Source: Botryllus schlosseri (lineage: Eukaryota). Taken from it: a DNA stretch of 64,000 nt. The stretch spans positions 9,114,001 through 9,178,000 of the forward strand of contig CM119375.1 in assembly GCA_051294905.1 (NCBI GenBank). Reading direction: 5' to 3'. The translations under genes were made by a program, and so were the position numbers. Below, piece after piece: positions 12,401 to 26,100 of this stretch (position 1 is its first letter; the number at the start of each line of letters is the position of its first letter). Under the pieces are notes generated by a model. That model was not told where the DNA came from, made no database searches, and worked only from the letters and a program-made list of their open reading frames with translations.

Positions 12401-14994
12401 CACGAAATTCCGCACTGGATCGGGCCAAATCCAACATTCGTGAATTTTAGCACGACCAATCCCTCATGGAAGACCTCAACTTGTAGCCCCTACTGTCCTT
12501 ATTTCTAAGATGTTCCTTTTTTTATTTTTTTATTTCTATTTTTTAGTGATCAACACAGGTCATAATAGAACGAGGACTTCAACTAATAGACATGATGGTA
12601 ATGAGGCCGTTGGGGAAAGTGATGACATTTTTTATGTAGTCAACAGTTTAAACACTTCGTTGTTGGGCTGCTCAGAGTTTTCGGCTTTCTTCAGTTTTTG
12701 ATCAGTGCCGAGGGCAACCCTGCCTATAGGCATGCAGTCTGCGCAACTGAAAACGCATGGGCTGTATCGAATGTAATGTAAGTGTGATAATAGCGACAAT
12801 AAGTGGAAATTAAAGTGAATTACATGAATATTTCCATGATGATTCAATCAGCACTGTAATATTTTCAGATATGCAACTGCAACACAAAACCTCTGTAGGT
12901 AACTCATTCTCTCACCCGCTTATGAATATTGCCATGAAATAACGAGCTATACTTGTACTTGGAGATGAGTTCCAATCCAAACACACGGAGTTCAATTGGT
13001 GCAATATATGTTGCATTAGTATTCAATGCAATAGTATTCAGTTCGATTAAATCTTTTATTCACGCGTTGCCGTGTGGCGAGATAGCGCAATGCTACAACA
13101 CCAATGGCTTGCTGGCTCGTATCAAAGTGTTAGAGGTTAATATAGGCTCCTACTAACCATACGTTCCGCGTCATACTATGGATTGCTAACCTACGTATGT
13201 CATATAAAAGCCTATGATGAAAATAGCCCATGCTTGAAGTCAGCAGTTTAATGGTAAATTGTTCGATTCACGTGGTGGCCATTACTACGTAAATAGAGTA
13301 ACACTGAAAATGGATTCAATTCCAAGTAGCCATGCCGTTGTACAAAGTTCGTTACGAATTCAAATGATTTCCGTACCTTAAATATTAGAAGATTAGTAAA
13401 TGGCGTCCAGGCACCCAAGATGACCAATCCAGTGGGATATTAAGCCTTGTATGTTTCGCCCCAGTGCGTTATCGGATAAGAAAAAGGGACGGGTATATTT
13501 GAAATCGCGAATGCAAAAGTGTTGCATTAGGGATGCTCCTCAAACACTGTGGCGTTATTTATGTGATGACGATATCATCCACATCAGCATTTTCGTCATG
13601 ATTTATCATTCTTGCTGTTAAACCCTTGGGCCATTGTAGGCTGATGAAATATAAGTAAAAATCCAATATATTGTTTTCTCAGATTAGCAGGCTATCGGTC
13701 GTCTCATATTTTCGAATTTGGAAGTTGCTGATCAATTTGACTGTCAACGATGCATTAAAATATCAGCAAATCCGCTTGTGAGTAGTAGAGCACACAACAT
13801 AGTTACGGCGAAGTCCTAAAACGACTCTGCGCACGATCTTGATCATATTTGGTGAAACTATTTTGCGGACATCCACCCGACTTCTTAAGTCGATATTGTA
13901 AACATATAATCTCCGAAAGCACCGCATAATTACAACGCAAATCTCCAGGGTCGTAATTAATTTCGAATCCCATGTGTATGACGAATGTAACGAAGCAAGT
14001 TAAGCATGGTTTTCTCTCCTCTCAGCGACCTTGAATCGGGCGAATTTAATCTTATAAGATAGACGCGCTTAGATGACATCACATCACTTTAGTCGTCAGC
14101 GCTCAGCATTCCGCGCCCAAATTTTAGCTATCTCACCTCACCTCACAGCTAGCGACAGAGACCGCAACACTCGCGTTACGGTAAATCGGAAGCCGACTGC
14201 AAGTCTCTCTGATTGCCATTAAGCCGAAAAAATTACAGCTATCGAATGTTAATACGGTAATAGAGGCGATGCTGGTTTCGCCATCTCTGGCTTAGCCTTG
14301 ATAATTTCTTTCCTAGATATTTACAAACACTTAGCCTAATGGCGCGTAATTATACATTCCCGAGAGGAAAGCGCAAAATTAATGTATACCAAATTGCCAT
14401 TTCAGCGGTCGACTGCGCGAGTGTACAGATACATTGCGTTGCCTGTTCGTATACTTGCCATATCGTGCTTTCATAATTACGGAAACGACAAACAAATTTC
14501 AGTCGGGATGCCGAAGTAATTGTCGCTATCGCTGCCAGGACTGATGCGGCCTAACTCCAACCGCCCACTTTTAATTGAAAACGCAGTCTAAGACGTATTA
14601 ACGTCACTATTTTTTTCGGAAAGAATTTAAACGTTTTCCCAATCACGCCGTTTTTGCGCGGATAGTCCGCGCTCTACTTTCGATAGATGGCAAGGCCCGC
14701 AAGTCATTATCGCGATGGCATCGGTAATAGTCTGCCGTCTCTCCTCATTTCGTCGCTACAGTTGCGTCATAGGCGCCGTTAGTTACCTCAATCTATCATG
14801 CGGTGGCGTTTAGTTCGATGATTAGCGAAGAAGAATTACCAGCACAGTTCATCACGAATGTGGTCGGATTGGGAATTGGCCGTAACAGCATTGCATGAGC
14901 AGCACTGAGCGCTGAGCAGTGGCCAGCTTTGATTTCAAGGCGAAAGTTTCCATTCTAGCTTGCGAAACTATTGTGGACATGGACCTTGGACACT

Positions 14995-15338
14995 AGGGCT
15001 GTTTAAAATTAACTTTTTCCCCGGTTTCCAGCCATTCACTGATTAAATTGTCAGGTTACCCTAAAAAACGCTGCACACCATGTTTGGTTCAATTCTAACA
15101 AGTATAGGAGTATTCTAACAAGTATAGGATATGGCTCAACAATTTCATGGGGTCGGCAGAAAATTTTGAATTTTTTTAAAATTTTCACTGATACATTAAG
15201 AATTTTAATTGGATCTGCGGAATCCTATACTTGTTAGAATTGAACCAAATTTAGTGTGCAGCGTTTTTTAGGGTAACCTGACAACTTAATCAGTGAATGG
15301 CTGGAGTCCGGGAAAATAGTTTTTTTTTGAACAGCCCT
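14995..15338. mobile_element. Foldback MITE, 344 bp, TIRs of about 120 bp
   Basis: agggctg...cagccct ends with long near-perfect arms and a perfect 8-bp TSD tggacact (14987-14994, 15339-15346). Confidence 0.92.
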
Positions 15339-17706
15339 TGGACACTTGGACAGTCTTCAGCGTGACTGCGCGGTGCGACACTCAAAATCACTTACAGTTC
15401 AAGTATGTGTCTGAGATTTAATTCGTGTGGTGGATAGTCTACCGGGGAATCCTTTGTAATTCACAAATTGTATGCGATAGTGTGTACTCCGCACATACGT
15501 CCGACATGTAAATCTGCGATAGAAAGTAACACAACTAACACATATTAAAGGAATTACATATGTTGCAGCAAATGGATATAGGCAATTCGGCACGGTTCCA
15601 TGGCCTGGCCATTACGCCCTCGTTTGCATAATATCACTGGGTAGTGGATATATTATATGCTCCGGAATGATTTAATAGCTAGGTTTTTGACCTAATGTTA
15701 CCTTAATAATACTTGTATATAATAACGTCATTAGGACGACCGTGATGATATACAGTGTTAAGGCGATCGATTGACGTTGGTTAAATATAATGACCTGGTC
15801 AGAGTCAACTTCTTTGTCGATGTTGATTCACTTCGCGCCTAAAACGAAAATTGCACCTCGCATGTTTGGTTGTATTCGGTCCAGTCCAGTCACAACATGG
15901 CGTTCGAATATTACGCAGTAAAATGTGGTATATATTTTTATTCATTACATACGGCATGTAACATTTATGGTTGGGGCCAATAAGGCAAGGGTAGTGTTTA
16001 TAAATTTTCGCCTAATCAGTTTATTATTGTTCCATCCCAACACCCGCGATTAACGCTGACCGCATTGTGTCTGTGGTGGCACTGACGGGTTATTAGGCCA
16101 GCCTCTTTTGCTAATAGGCTTCAATTTCCCATGATTACTTGGTAATTCATGACATTAAAGTTTCTAGCACACTTCAGGCTTTCAAAACGGCGACCGACAG
16201 TCGGCGTCGGTTCGTAATTGAGGGGCTTTCGTGCGGTTTGTTATTGATTTACGTACCATGTTGTATATTCGTGGTGAATGTCCACGTTCACCAGCCGCAA
16301 CAAAGGCACGCTTGGTGTTACGGCTTATTAATCTCCTCCGCTAACAGCTACCTAATAACTTATCTGGATGCGAGGCACGTGCCAAGTAAACAAGTTGAAA
16401 GAGAACTCTAAAAGGCCAGCAGTAACTAACACCGCGTGGACAGACAATCTGGCTACAGAATAGAAAGGTCCATCCATCACCACACACGTACATGATTGCT
16501 GATTCAGCCTATATCGTGCTGTTCATCAAGCATTAGTCAATAAAGCAATGTTGATTTTAGTTGCACTTGTTCATAAATTATACATTACAACCATCAAGAT
16601 TTTCTCTCAAACCATGCGAGTTTGTGAAGCCTGACTATCTTCTGATACCAAGAATCATTGCGAATCAGTGAAATCTCGAAAACTACCTTCTCATTTAGGG
16701 AATGCGGTGTGTTCAGCTGGAATATATATTACATTGAATTAAAAAGATTCTGACTAATTCATCAAATTGTTATGTCGGGTGTCGCAGTCCCACTACCAGG
16801 AAGATAACAATTTAAAGGAGAAAAGAGTGAAACATGAATTTCCGGATTGATTGAATAGTCCAAGGCCGTGCGGGATTTAATGTTTTCGAATCTGCATCCC
16901 GAATACAAATCAATTCATGTCCGTTTAACCAGATATATACATTTAATCGAAGTATACAAACGCACGCATGCCATAAACGATAATTGCAAATCCGAATTTG
17001 GTTTTGCAAGAATCGTGAATCCAAATCGCATCCGACTATGGTCAAAGTCATCTTGGAATTTCTGCAAAACATACTAGTCAGGCAGTCATGAATTTATGTT
17101 CGCCATAAAGTCACGAACTGAATAACAAAGCGAAACATTAAATTCTGTATAATATATGCGTAGTAGTGCCGTACCGAAGGGACTGGTTAGTCATCAAATC
17201 TGACGCGGCCTTGAGAGAACAGAAACTCACAGATTTTGTGAATAACTATGCCTATGTCTTTTCCTACCATACAAAAGTCCTACACGGATTCAAGATTGGA
17301 GATCTGATGAATTGGAAACATGCAGTAACGAAACTGAAATGCAATAAACAAGCATGAAACCAAACTTGTGTAACTACAGGAAATAAAGCTATAAAAAATT
17401 GTTAGTAAACAACCAAGACAAGCGCCAAAACAATGTCTTTTTTGCGGAGTGTTCCCCACATTTTGAGTGCCAGAAGACTTGTCATCAGTAACTTCCAGCC
17501 TTGGAATTCCATGTATGCCAAAAATAGCGATTACGTCCGGGGACTTTGAATGGCGTTGGTAATGCTCCAAGTACGAATGTGTATTTATTTCATGATTGCA
17601 CAGTGCACACTGCACAGCGTGCTGCATATAGCTCCAGGCCAAGGGTGGCTGCCCGACATCTGACCATGCGATACAATGATAAACGACACTTGAACATGTG
17701 ATTTTA

Positions 17707-17776
17707 TAACCCAATACTAACCCTAATCCCAAAATTAACCCATACCTCAACTCTAACCCAACTCTATCTTTAACCC
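17707..17776. repeat. Degenerate telomere-like (TAACCC) tract
   Basis: Exact TAACCC at 17707, 17718, 17736, 17754 and 17771, with degenerate hexamers in between. Confidence 0.75.
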
Positions 17777-20700
17777 ACATGCTCAAGCTCAAGTCTTACA
17801 TGCCCATTACCCAAGTGTCGCTTGGTGAGACGTCGCACGCTATTGTGTCATATGCTCATGAGCCACGGACCGCCAGAGTATCGCAAATGAAGCTATATTA
17901 TCAAGAAGCAAGATGTCGAAAGCATAACTAAGGTCTAAGGAACAATATTTACGCGAACAAAGCTATAGAATACCATATATGGGCATTGTGAAAACCGAGA
18001 CTCCTTGAAGCAGCACATTGCAGGCGAGCAGTGACGTCATATCATTGCACCCTTCACGACGGTATCGCGCTAGTTCTAAAATGAAATTCGCGGGATGTCT
18101 GTCTCTGACGACGACGGAGTAATGTGATTTCGCGCACGCGGCGGCTCCAATGTCATCTTCAATGAGGGGACGTTTCCGTTAATAGTAATATAATCGCTTA
18201 TAAATAATTCAGATTCTCAACTTAGACAAAAGCCTGGCGCCATTGCAGTCGATAAATGCTTCTCAGCCGTCGTCGGATGGATATAATGGAGATCGTTTTT
18301 CAGGTATATTTACAAACAATCGTACCAGTGATGTCTCCGTAACAAGTCTACAATTGCGCTGACCGTCCTAATAGCGAGACTGGGGCCGATACTGGTGACA
18401 AAATCCGAGGAAGATTACTCCAAAGACCTGGAATATGATAACTGATATTTATGTGTCTACTCGTGCTTACTATCGTATGTCAGAAACACTAAATCACGCT
18501 GCCGTAATTCGTTATGCTACGCTTTCGTTATGTTACACTTCTTTACTGCCTTATAAACTGTGTATATATTGTCACTGTACAAGTGTACAGAGTTGACACT
18601 ATACATGAAACGGGACACTAAAAATGTTGAGTCTGGAAATTGAGATGCATGTACGGTTGAACATTTAATGGCGAAGACCAGTATTCTAGAATCGTCTTTG
18701 TAGTATTTAGGCATTCGTTATTATCAACCGCGTAATTCGCAATGTAACAGTGCCATCGTTTCTCTTGCGGTTTCATTTTTCCGTTATGCTCCTGCCTTCG
18801 ATGTATGATGGCAGTCTGTTAATACTAATACCATAAGGCACCCCGCCGTAACAAACTAGATTTGAAGATTAATACCAGTCTTCTCATCGTCAAAATGTAT
18901 AAGCGACGCCACTCGACTATACGCGGAGAGTATTACAATAAAACATGATTGACTCTGATCCATAGATTCGTCTCTGTCGGCAAAGATCAGAAGTAAGAAT
19001 AAATCCAACCAGCCAACTATAAGATATAATGATTCGCGTTAACATTGTCCTAAAGACACTTAGGAATTTCGTTCTTATATTTTGGAAACTACATCTCTTC
19101 GTGATGCTGAAGCGCGTAAATGTGTCGCCACGTCGAAACCCTTGTGTACCGAACTTCAACGCAAATCCTATCGGGTGCTGATCGTAAATAAAGTCTAATA
19201 AGAACCGAATTGTTGCGTATGTATAATCCAATAAGCGGTCGTCGCCAAGTACAAAATCGAAAACTTGTGTTTAGTGGTAAACATGAACTTTCTTTTATCT
19301 TCTTGCGTTCACGGCAAGTATGCTGTGGCGGCATGTGTGTCGGCATTTAGTCTGTAAAATAGGGATTCGGAAATTTATCGTTCTTGAGGGCACAGGAAAA
19401 ACAAGTCGTCTAGATCTAAATAAAATCGCCAATTTCGGTATACTCGACTAATTATGAGGATTCTTGCGAAATTGTACTTTGATGTTAATTCACAAATTAG
19501 AGGAGCGGGCCGCGCCCGTCGAAAACGGCGTAGATTGTCGGAATTTAGATGATACGAAAATTTCAATTTATATTCGATTTGAACGTTTGACGTCAGGTTT
19601 CGGAGTGTAACTCTAAAAGCACGGCGCGGCCTAAAGTCTCGCACAAACATTGCCGACCCAAATTGATATCGCATTCACATTTCCCGAATTCACCCTATTA
19701 AATATTATTAATACAGTGTCGTGCGATTTGTGAATATCTTCAAGTTTCGGAGCTCGCGAGCATTCGCATGTCAGTTATGATTTCGTCAAATACGAAAAGA
19801 ATACTTCAATATGTAAACTGAACAGTCTGTAGTGAACTGCGTTCAGTGTGAATTAGAATTCGTCGCCAATATTCATATGCAAATTATATAGATTTCCTCA
19901 TAAGCCATATAATTAGCAGGCTGTGTGTTCTTGGGTTCGATCGTCCTAAAGTGGATACCGAGAATACTTTTTTATGTTGAACAGAAAACGGAACATACCC
20001 ACAGCGCTGTAGCTGCATTTTATAGCCGTCGAAGTATACGGACTAATATGAGGCGTCACTAATTGTACTGTTTCATTTAGACCAGTATATCACCCACTAG
20101 TCTAATGTAGAACATTCATTGGCCCGGTCTTTCAATCCAGATTATTAAAGTAAAGATGCTTTTTCAGTACTTTTCATAGACATATACGCATTAATGAGCC
20201 AGCGTTTCAGCTCCACAGAGGCAAGCCAGAATAGGGTATGGACCGAAACTCATTCCGCGCGTTGCTTTGATCACGTAAGAGCCGATAAAAGCAAATAGGC
20301 CTTCATCAAATCGATCTTTATGTCGCCTGGTTGTAAATAAGCTACGGCGTCACCGCGAGCTCGACTGGGTTTCATTTAACTTTTAATGCGCGCGGCTACA
20401 TGGCGTCGGCAACGGGGAGATACGAGAAATAAGTGTAAGATTAATTCGCCGATAGAGACGTATCTAGTCTGCGTCGTAGGGTATCCAGTAAGTAATGTGC
20501 CCTCGATCAAGATAACTTGAAAACAGTAGGAGGTACAACATCTCGGGCCTGTATCGGCCGCCCGTCGCCAACCTAACAATCATGCAGTCTTGTAAACACC
20601 GTTTATCGTGTCTCGCATCTTTCTGGAGGTCACCAAAAATTAAATCTGATCAAATTTGGATCATCCGAGTTGAAAATTGCATGAAAGCCGGACTTCAACG

Positions 20701-22495
20701 GGATCGCATTTTTCCGATTCGGCCCACGATTACGTCCGGGCGCCAGTTGTATTTGGATACCGGTATGACGTATCCTTATTGGAGTGAAAATGTCATCACT
20801 TCTAAGGGAGCTGGGATTGGGGTACGATAGTCTGGATAAATTATGTATCCCAAGACAATAGAGTCCAACGTGCTTTTGTTATGGTTGACGAGATCGAAAA
20901 CCGCCACAAAGTCAACACTTCTTTCAAATACCCACCTGTTGTAAAACGGTTTTCCACAGTACACTGAGCACATTAATGTGTCACAAGCACTTGAAAGACT
21001 TCTTCTTAGTCATTGTTGGTGTGGAAAGTAACTTCCACCTCTTAATGAAGAGGACATGACAATTCCATCAAATTTTAGTGACATTTAGAATATTTGCCGT
21101 GCCAAAGACGAGACATCATTCTTCGTAAGTGGTATCAGGAAAAGGACATTTTTTCGAGGTCAAATCATAAAAAAGATATCGGTATTATCATTCAGGTGGC
21201 TGCGTGAAGCAAATGCGCTTTTCCACAGTTTACCACTGGAAATAAACGGATCATTTCAGCTTTTGGCGATAAGCTTCTATAATCCGATGTTTTCGTAATA
21301 GATCGATGCGGAATTGCCGGAGTGAGGCGAATGTATCGTGATGCCGGGAATAGTTTCGCAATCTGTTTTGGTCTCTTAAAAGTATAATCTCCGTCTTTTT
21401 GTCGCCTTATTGACTGACAGAACTGGATGCATCATCAGAAGTCATTACCTCAAATATTTACGGTGTGGTGTTCGCGAGGCCTGTGACGTCTTGCGCTGAG
21501 ATGGCCGGCGCCACTTGTGATATACACGTCTTAAAGAAGCCGCGGCACGCTGGCACGCCGGCCTCATCCGCGGATGGAATGGTAAATAAGAAGACTTTAT
21601 GAAGAAATTATCATTGCGGCGATTTCGTGTGATCCGATTTGCTAATGCTAGACTACGGCCACATCTGAAACGTGAACGTTTCGTTGCAGGCCATCGCTCT
21701 GGCCAGGATGCCCCAAAATCCGACGTCACTCGATCGACTTTACGGGAGCACGTCGCCAGGAATAACATCGGGCACCAATCCAAACAGATTATCTTGTATA
21801 GGATATTAATTCGCGCGTCAAATAGCAAGACATTCTCGCCCTTCATTGTGCGATGCAAAGAATTCGTGTATTTATGTTTCTCTCGCAATATGGCGCCATG
21901 ATTGATTTTTAACCTATAAAATGTTATCTTATTTTCGCGCAAACACTGACCATTGATTGTTGTGATGGCCACAAAAATTCCTGAACAACAGAAATGTCGT
22001 CAGAGAAATAACATCGTACATTTATACGGAACAGTATATACACCAATATGTGTGGTTACACCTCCTCATGTATCGGTAATATCACGTACACGAATATAGT
22101 TTAGGCCTGCGCAAATGTGATCAAATGAAGTATTCATCAAAGGTGGCTAAAGCATTCAGCGTTGCTACTAAAGCAGAGGCAGGAGTAACACCGTACATTC
22201 CTACTTAATCCCTAGCAGAAGTAGCGATGATTTACAAGACATGTAAAATCTACTTCAAGTGGAAGTTGAAAATGAAAGGTCCTAAATCTAGTCAAGCAAG
22301 TAATTTGAAAAGGTAGATTTGGTCGAAGGATCGAATACTTCTTAGGTAAACGGGGATGTTGGCTTTCGATATCATGAGATGTATCTTCGCAAATTTAGAC
22401 TAACGCAAATTGATTGAGCACGCTGAGAATGGTGCTTTTCGAAACAGATTCAGCTATACCGTGATACGAGGGCTATTTCACGAGGTTCATTAGAG

Positions 22496-23139
22496 CGGTG
22501 GTTCTCAACCGCCGGTCCGTGGCAAGTTTCCTGCCGGTCCGCAAAACATATATGAATTTTGTATCTTAAATCCATAATACAACAAGTAGGACGGTTGTCC
22601 ATTAATTATAGAGAAATAAAACATCAAATTTTATAGTGATTGAGAGGTTTGGAACGCATTTTTCTGCAAGGCGTCGAAATAGAGAGTTCATGATATACTA
22701 TGGAAATATACGTCGCTATGGCGCAAGTTTTGTACAAAACAGCTTGAAACCACCCTGCAACTCGTTCGGGCAAGTTATAGGTGACAGCTACAGATATTTT
22801 GAACAAACCGTTAAGTTGGGACTGTGTAATTAAGCGACACTTGGCACTATAACACCATAACAGAGGCTATACCCAACAGCAAACTCGCATTTATTTCAAA
22901 GGTCACCGAACAATCAAATTAATGGAATTTACCATAATTCGTAATCTTCGCCTTGTAGAAAGTTCAATTCAACCATCTATAAATATCTAATATAAGAAAG
23001 GCAACGGTAAATGAAGTTTGCGATATATTACATTTGGTTTGCATATATTTGTCTTCATAATTTTTCAAAGTTCACCGGTCCGCAATATTTGTTTTAAAGT
23101 TTTAGCGGTCCGCGAGGTCAGATAGGCTGAGAACCACCG
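22496..23139. mobile_element. hAT (Charlie/Buster-like) MITE, 644 bp
   Basis: TIR cggtggttctcaacc / ggctgagaaccaccg; ccggtccgc subterminal repeats; degenerate TSD cattagag/cactagac. Confidence 0.85.
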
Positions 23140-26100
23140 CACTAGACAGTTTCCCAAAACTATTGGCTACTTTTCAAAATCAAAATTGTAAAAATTAAGG
23201 TTCAAGTAGAAGTGAAAGTAATCGACAACCATGACTAATTGAGTACGTACGCGAGTAGGCAAAACTTACTTTTAGTACTCCGAAAATCTAGAAGTACTTC
23301 GTTAATGACCACCTCTATGGTGTCTATTAGATATAAAAGCATTTGGTCTCATTGAGTCATACAGACTAGTACAGCACGACTCTTCGATGAGAGGCTAGGG
23401 GAGATTTGGATGGGGAGGGACCTTATAACGCATCAACGAGAAGCTGGTCGTTTTCTTTCGTATGAGGCCTGATCAAGATACTCCGAGTACAGTGTAATTG
23501 CAGTTTTGTGCACTGTTTTGCGCACTTTTCTCTTCTCTCATTGCTTGATTAGAAAAAAATCCATTGAAATAAGATTTTATCTAACAAACCACGAAATAAC
23601 AAACATTCACATTGTCTTGATTCCCTATACCGGTACATATCAGCATTTCTTCAGATATATAAACCCTTGAAAGGATACAAATGGCGTATCAAAACTAGGT
23701 ATAACAAGTCATTTTACTACTTAGTAAATCTCAGGGCTACAGCATCCAAACTTTTGGCACAATCGCAACTTTTCAGATTGTTGGTACTTCGTGTAATATG
23801 GAATTATTTGATAAATGTACCTACTGTATATCACAGAGGGAAGATGCGAACCTTTGGAAGATTCTGGTACGTGTTAACATGACGTGTTATCATAGGTGCT
23901 CTATGAACACGACTTTCTGGCGTCACGTCACGCGGCAGTGTTAATTCCAATCAAATTGCCTACATTCTACATGTTTATTAAGGTTGATGTGATACATCTT
24001 ACATTTTAGGACCCGCTTATCCGAATTACCTAAAATCAGTTTACAATTGTTTGAAATTTACAAATATGCTAGTTCCGTTTCATCGGACAGAGATAACGCT
24101 GTCACTGTACTGTACGGGATACATAGAGGCCTCGGCCAAGCACGTAGCAACACTGAAGAAAGCGAGTTATTATATTTTTATTAGCAACTAAAAGATCGGG
24201 TCATGTCAAGCGATACCCTCAAAACTCCGTATAATTTATTACATCACAAGGTTCCTCTTAGGTCTATATTGGACTCCCTTTGCTGTCATCGTGATTCTAG
24301 TGAACTCCAAGGACTTTTGAACATTGATGTTTAGATTACTGATAAGTTCACAGGGTATAACGTCCAAGGTTCGTATGCGAACATGTATACCTGCGATTAA
24401 TCTATGTTCGCATACTGATCACGAACCTAACCCGAATGTTCTTGTAGCTATTACGGTTTTGCTTCTTTCCATTGCATCCATTAAAATATTCATAAATTAA
24501 TGCCGTGTAGTTACATAAAGTCATTTTGTATTCGTTTTCCGATGTATCTCTTGCGTAATGTTATTTCATGATATACAAAACCACATGAGTATAGTTAGGA
24601 ATATTTCATCTCAAATAAATAAACACTTTCAAACTCGCTTCCGCTTATAGTTTATCCATTTAACCTTCTCGGTCAATGGATTCTATTCATTCAATAAATA
24701 GTAACATTGGTAGTTTGTACTTTATTGCTCTTCCTGGTCTTAAGTCGATCACATGGTCGGAAGAAACTATAGTATAGCCTCTCCGAGAATACAATAAAAT
24801 GATAGAGCGCATTATCCTGTTTGGTCCATCGCGGTATTTTGTTCAATAATATCATCCAATAATGTCGTTCAATAAATCAATCAATGGATGTATATCTAGC
24901 GTAAATGGAATAAACTCAACAGAATACAGTCTGAGCTCAATTGACCCCGGCGCTATACATTTTATTTTTAGAACTCAAATGTTAACAAAATATTTGTCTC
25001 CAGGCATTTTTTCAAGTCATTGTAGCGTGTGCGGCTTTAATATTGTCAAATCTCTACAGCGACAAAACTGCCTTATGTCAACTTCTTTTTTTGTTTGTTT
25101 TTAATTGGGCTGTTTGAATAAAATAAAGAAACTGAAATTTTTGTGAAAATTTGTGATTTGGTTATGTTATAGCATGAGTGAATGAATGTTCGTTCATCAT
25201 CCTGTACCATCCAAAACTTTTGGTGGATGAAACTTCAAAGAATTTTTACATAGATTTAGCCGAAGTTACACATACGAAATATATGTTACAGTGCAGGGTA
25301 ATGTATATATACTTCTCGTTTCGTTATGTCATGTCGATAACTCTTGATTAAAGAGACGCAAGGCGATATCTATACGAAGGACTTGCAACGATTCTCTGGT
25401 ATGGGCGACAGCAAATATGTAAAAATCCGACTGTGTTATGAGTTGGAAACCCGAGCAGAAAGTCTGATACGTAAATAGCAAAAGAATAATAGCAACCCCT
25501 CCCAGATACATGGATTTCGTGCGACCTTGCCAGCATCTCATGTCAATCGAAAGTTAAGTCAAGATGTAAATAAACTTAACGCCGCTATGGCGGGAGTGTA
25601 TCACCCCACATGTTTAGATATGGCACCAGAGGTTCAACTAAATCTACACTCTTGAATTGATAGTCTATTTATTCGGCTAAGTGTATCTCAAACAATCGTC
25701 TTATAAATCACCGGTTTGTCTGCAAGATTTTTCTACTATCACTTGATATCAAACATCAATTAAGTGTATGGATAAATTCCTCTTGAGAACAATGCTATGT
25801 GACAATGGGTGGTGAATGTCGCTCCGTACGCATGCTGAAGTTGATTAAATATATTCTAAGCTACTGAGTTTATTTTGCAAAGTCTTCGTGGCCATTTGAC
25901 TGTTTCCTTTGTGTCTAAGAAAATAGCAACCGATACAATATATAGCCATGTAGCAATGCTGGAGTTTTGAGATTGTATTGTCTCAACTTTACATTAGGTA
26001 CAACTCCTCGCCATCTCATCCGTGTAAGTGGTGCCTTATAAAAAGCCTAGAAGTGGGCCGTGCTACAAGTCAGCAGGTACGGAATAAAAATTAAGAAAAT

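Noticed and set aside
13390-14010. Protein-like fragments on the minus strand (e.g. QWPKGLTARMINHDENADVDDIV)
   Set aside because: Short pieces in different frames with many stops and no recognisable family.
20930-21972. 175-aa minus ORF and an apparently protein-like frame running to about 20930
   Set aside because: The extended frame has about 12 or more stops per 300 codons, near random expectation. There is no domain motif; the ORF is explained by local GC richness.
25585-25650. Possible tRNA-derived SINE head (tggcgggagtg...ggttcaa)
   Set aside because: The A/B boxes are poor, there is no cloverleaf, and there is no second copy in the window.
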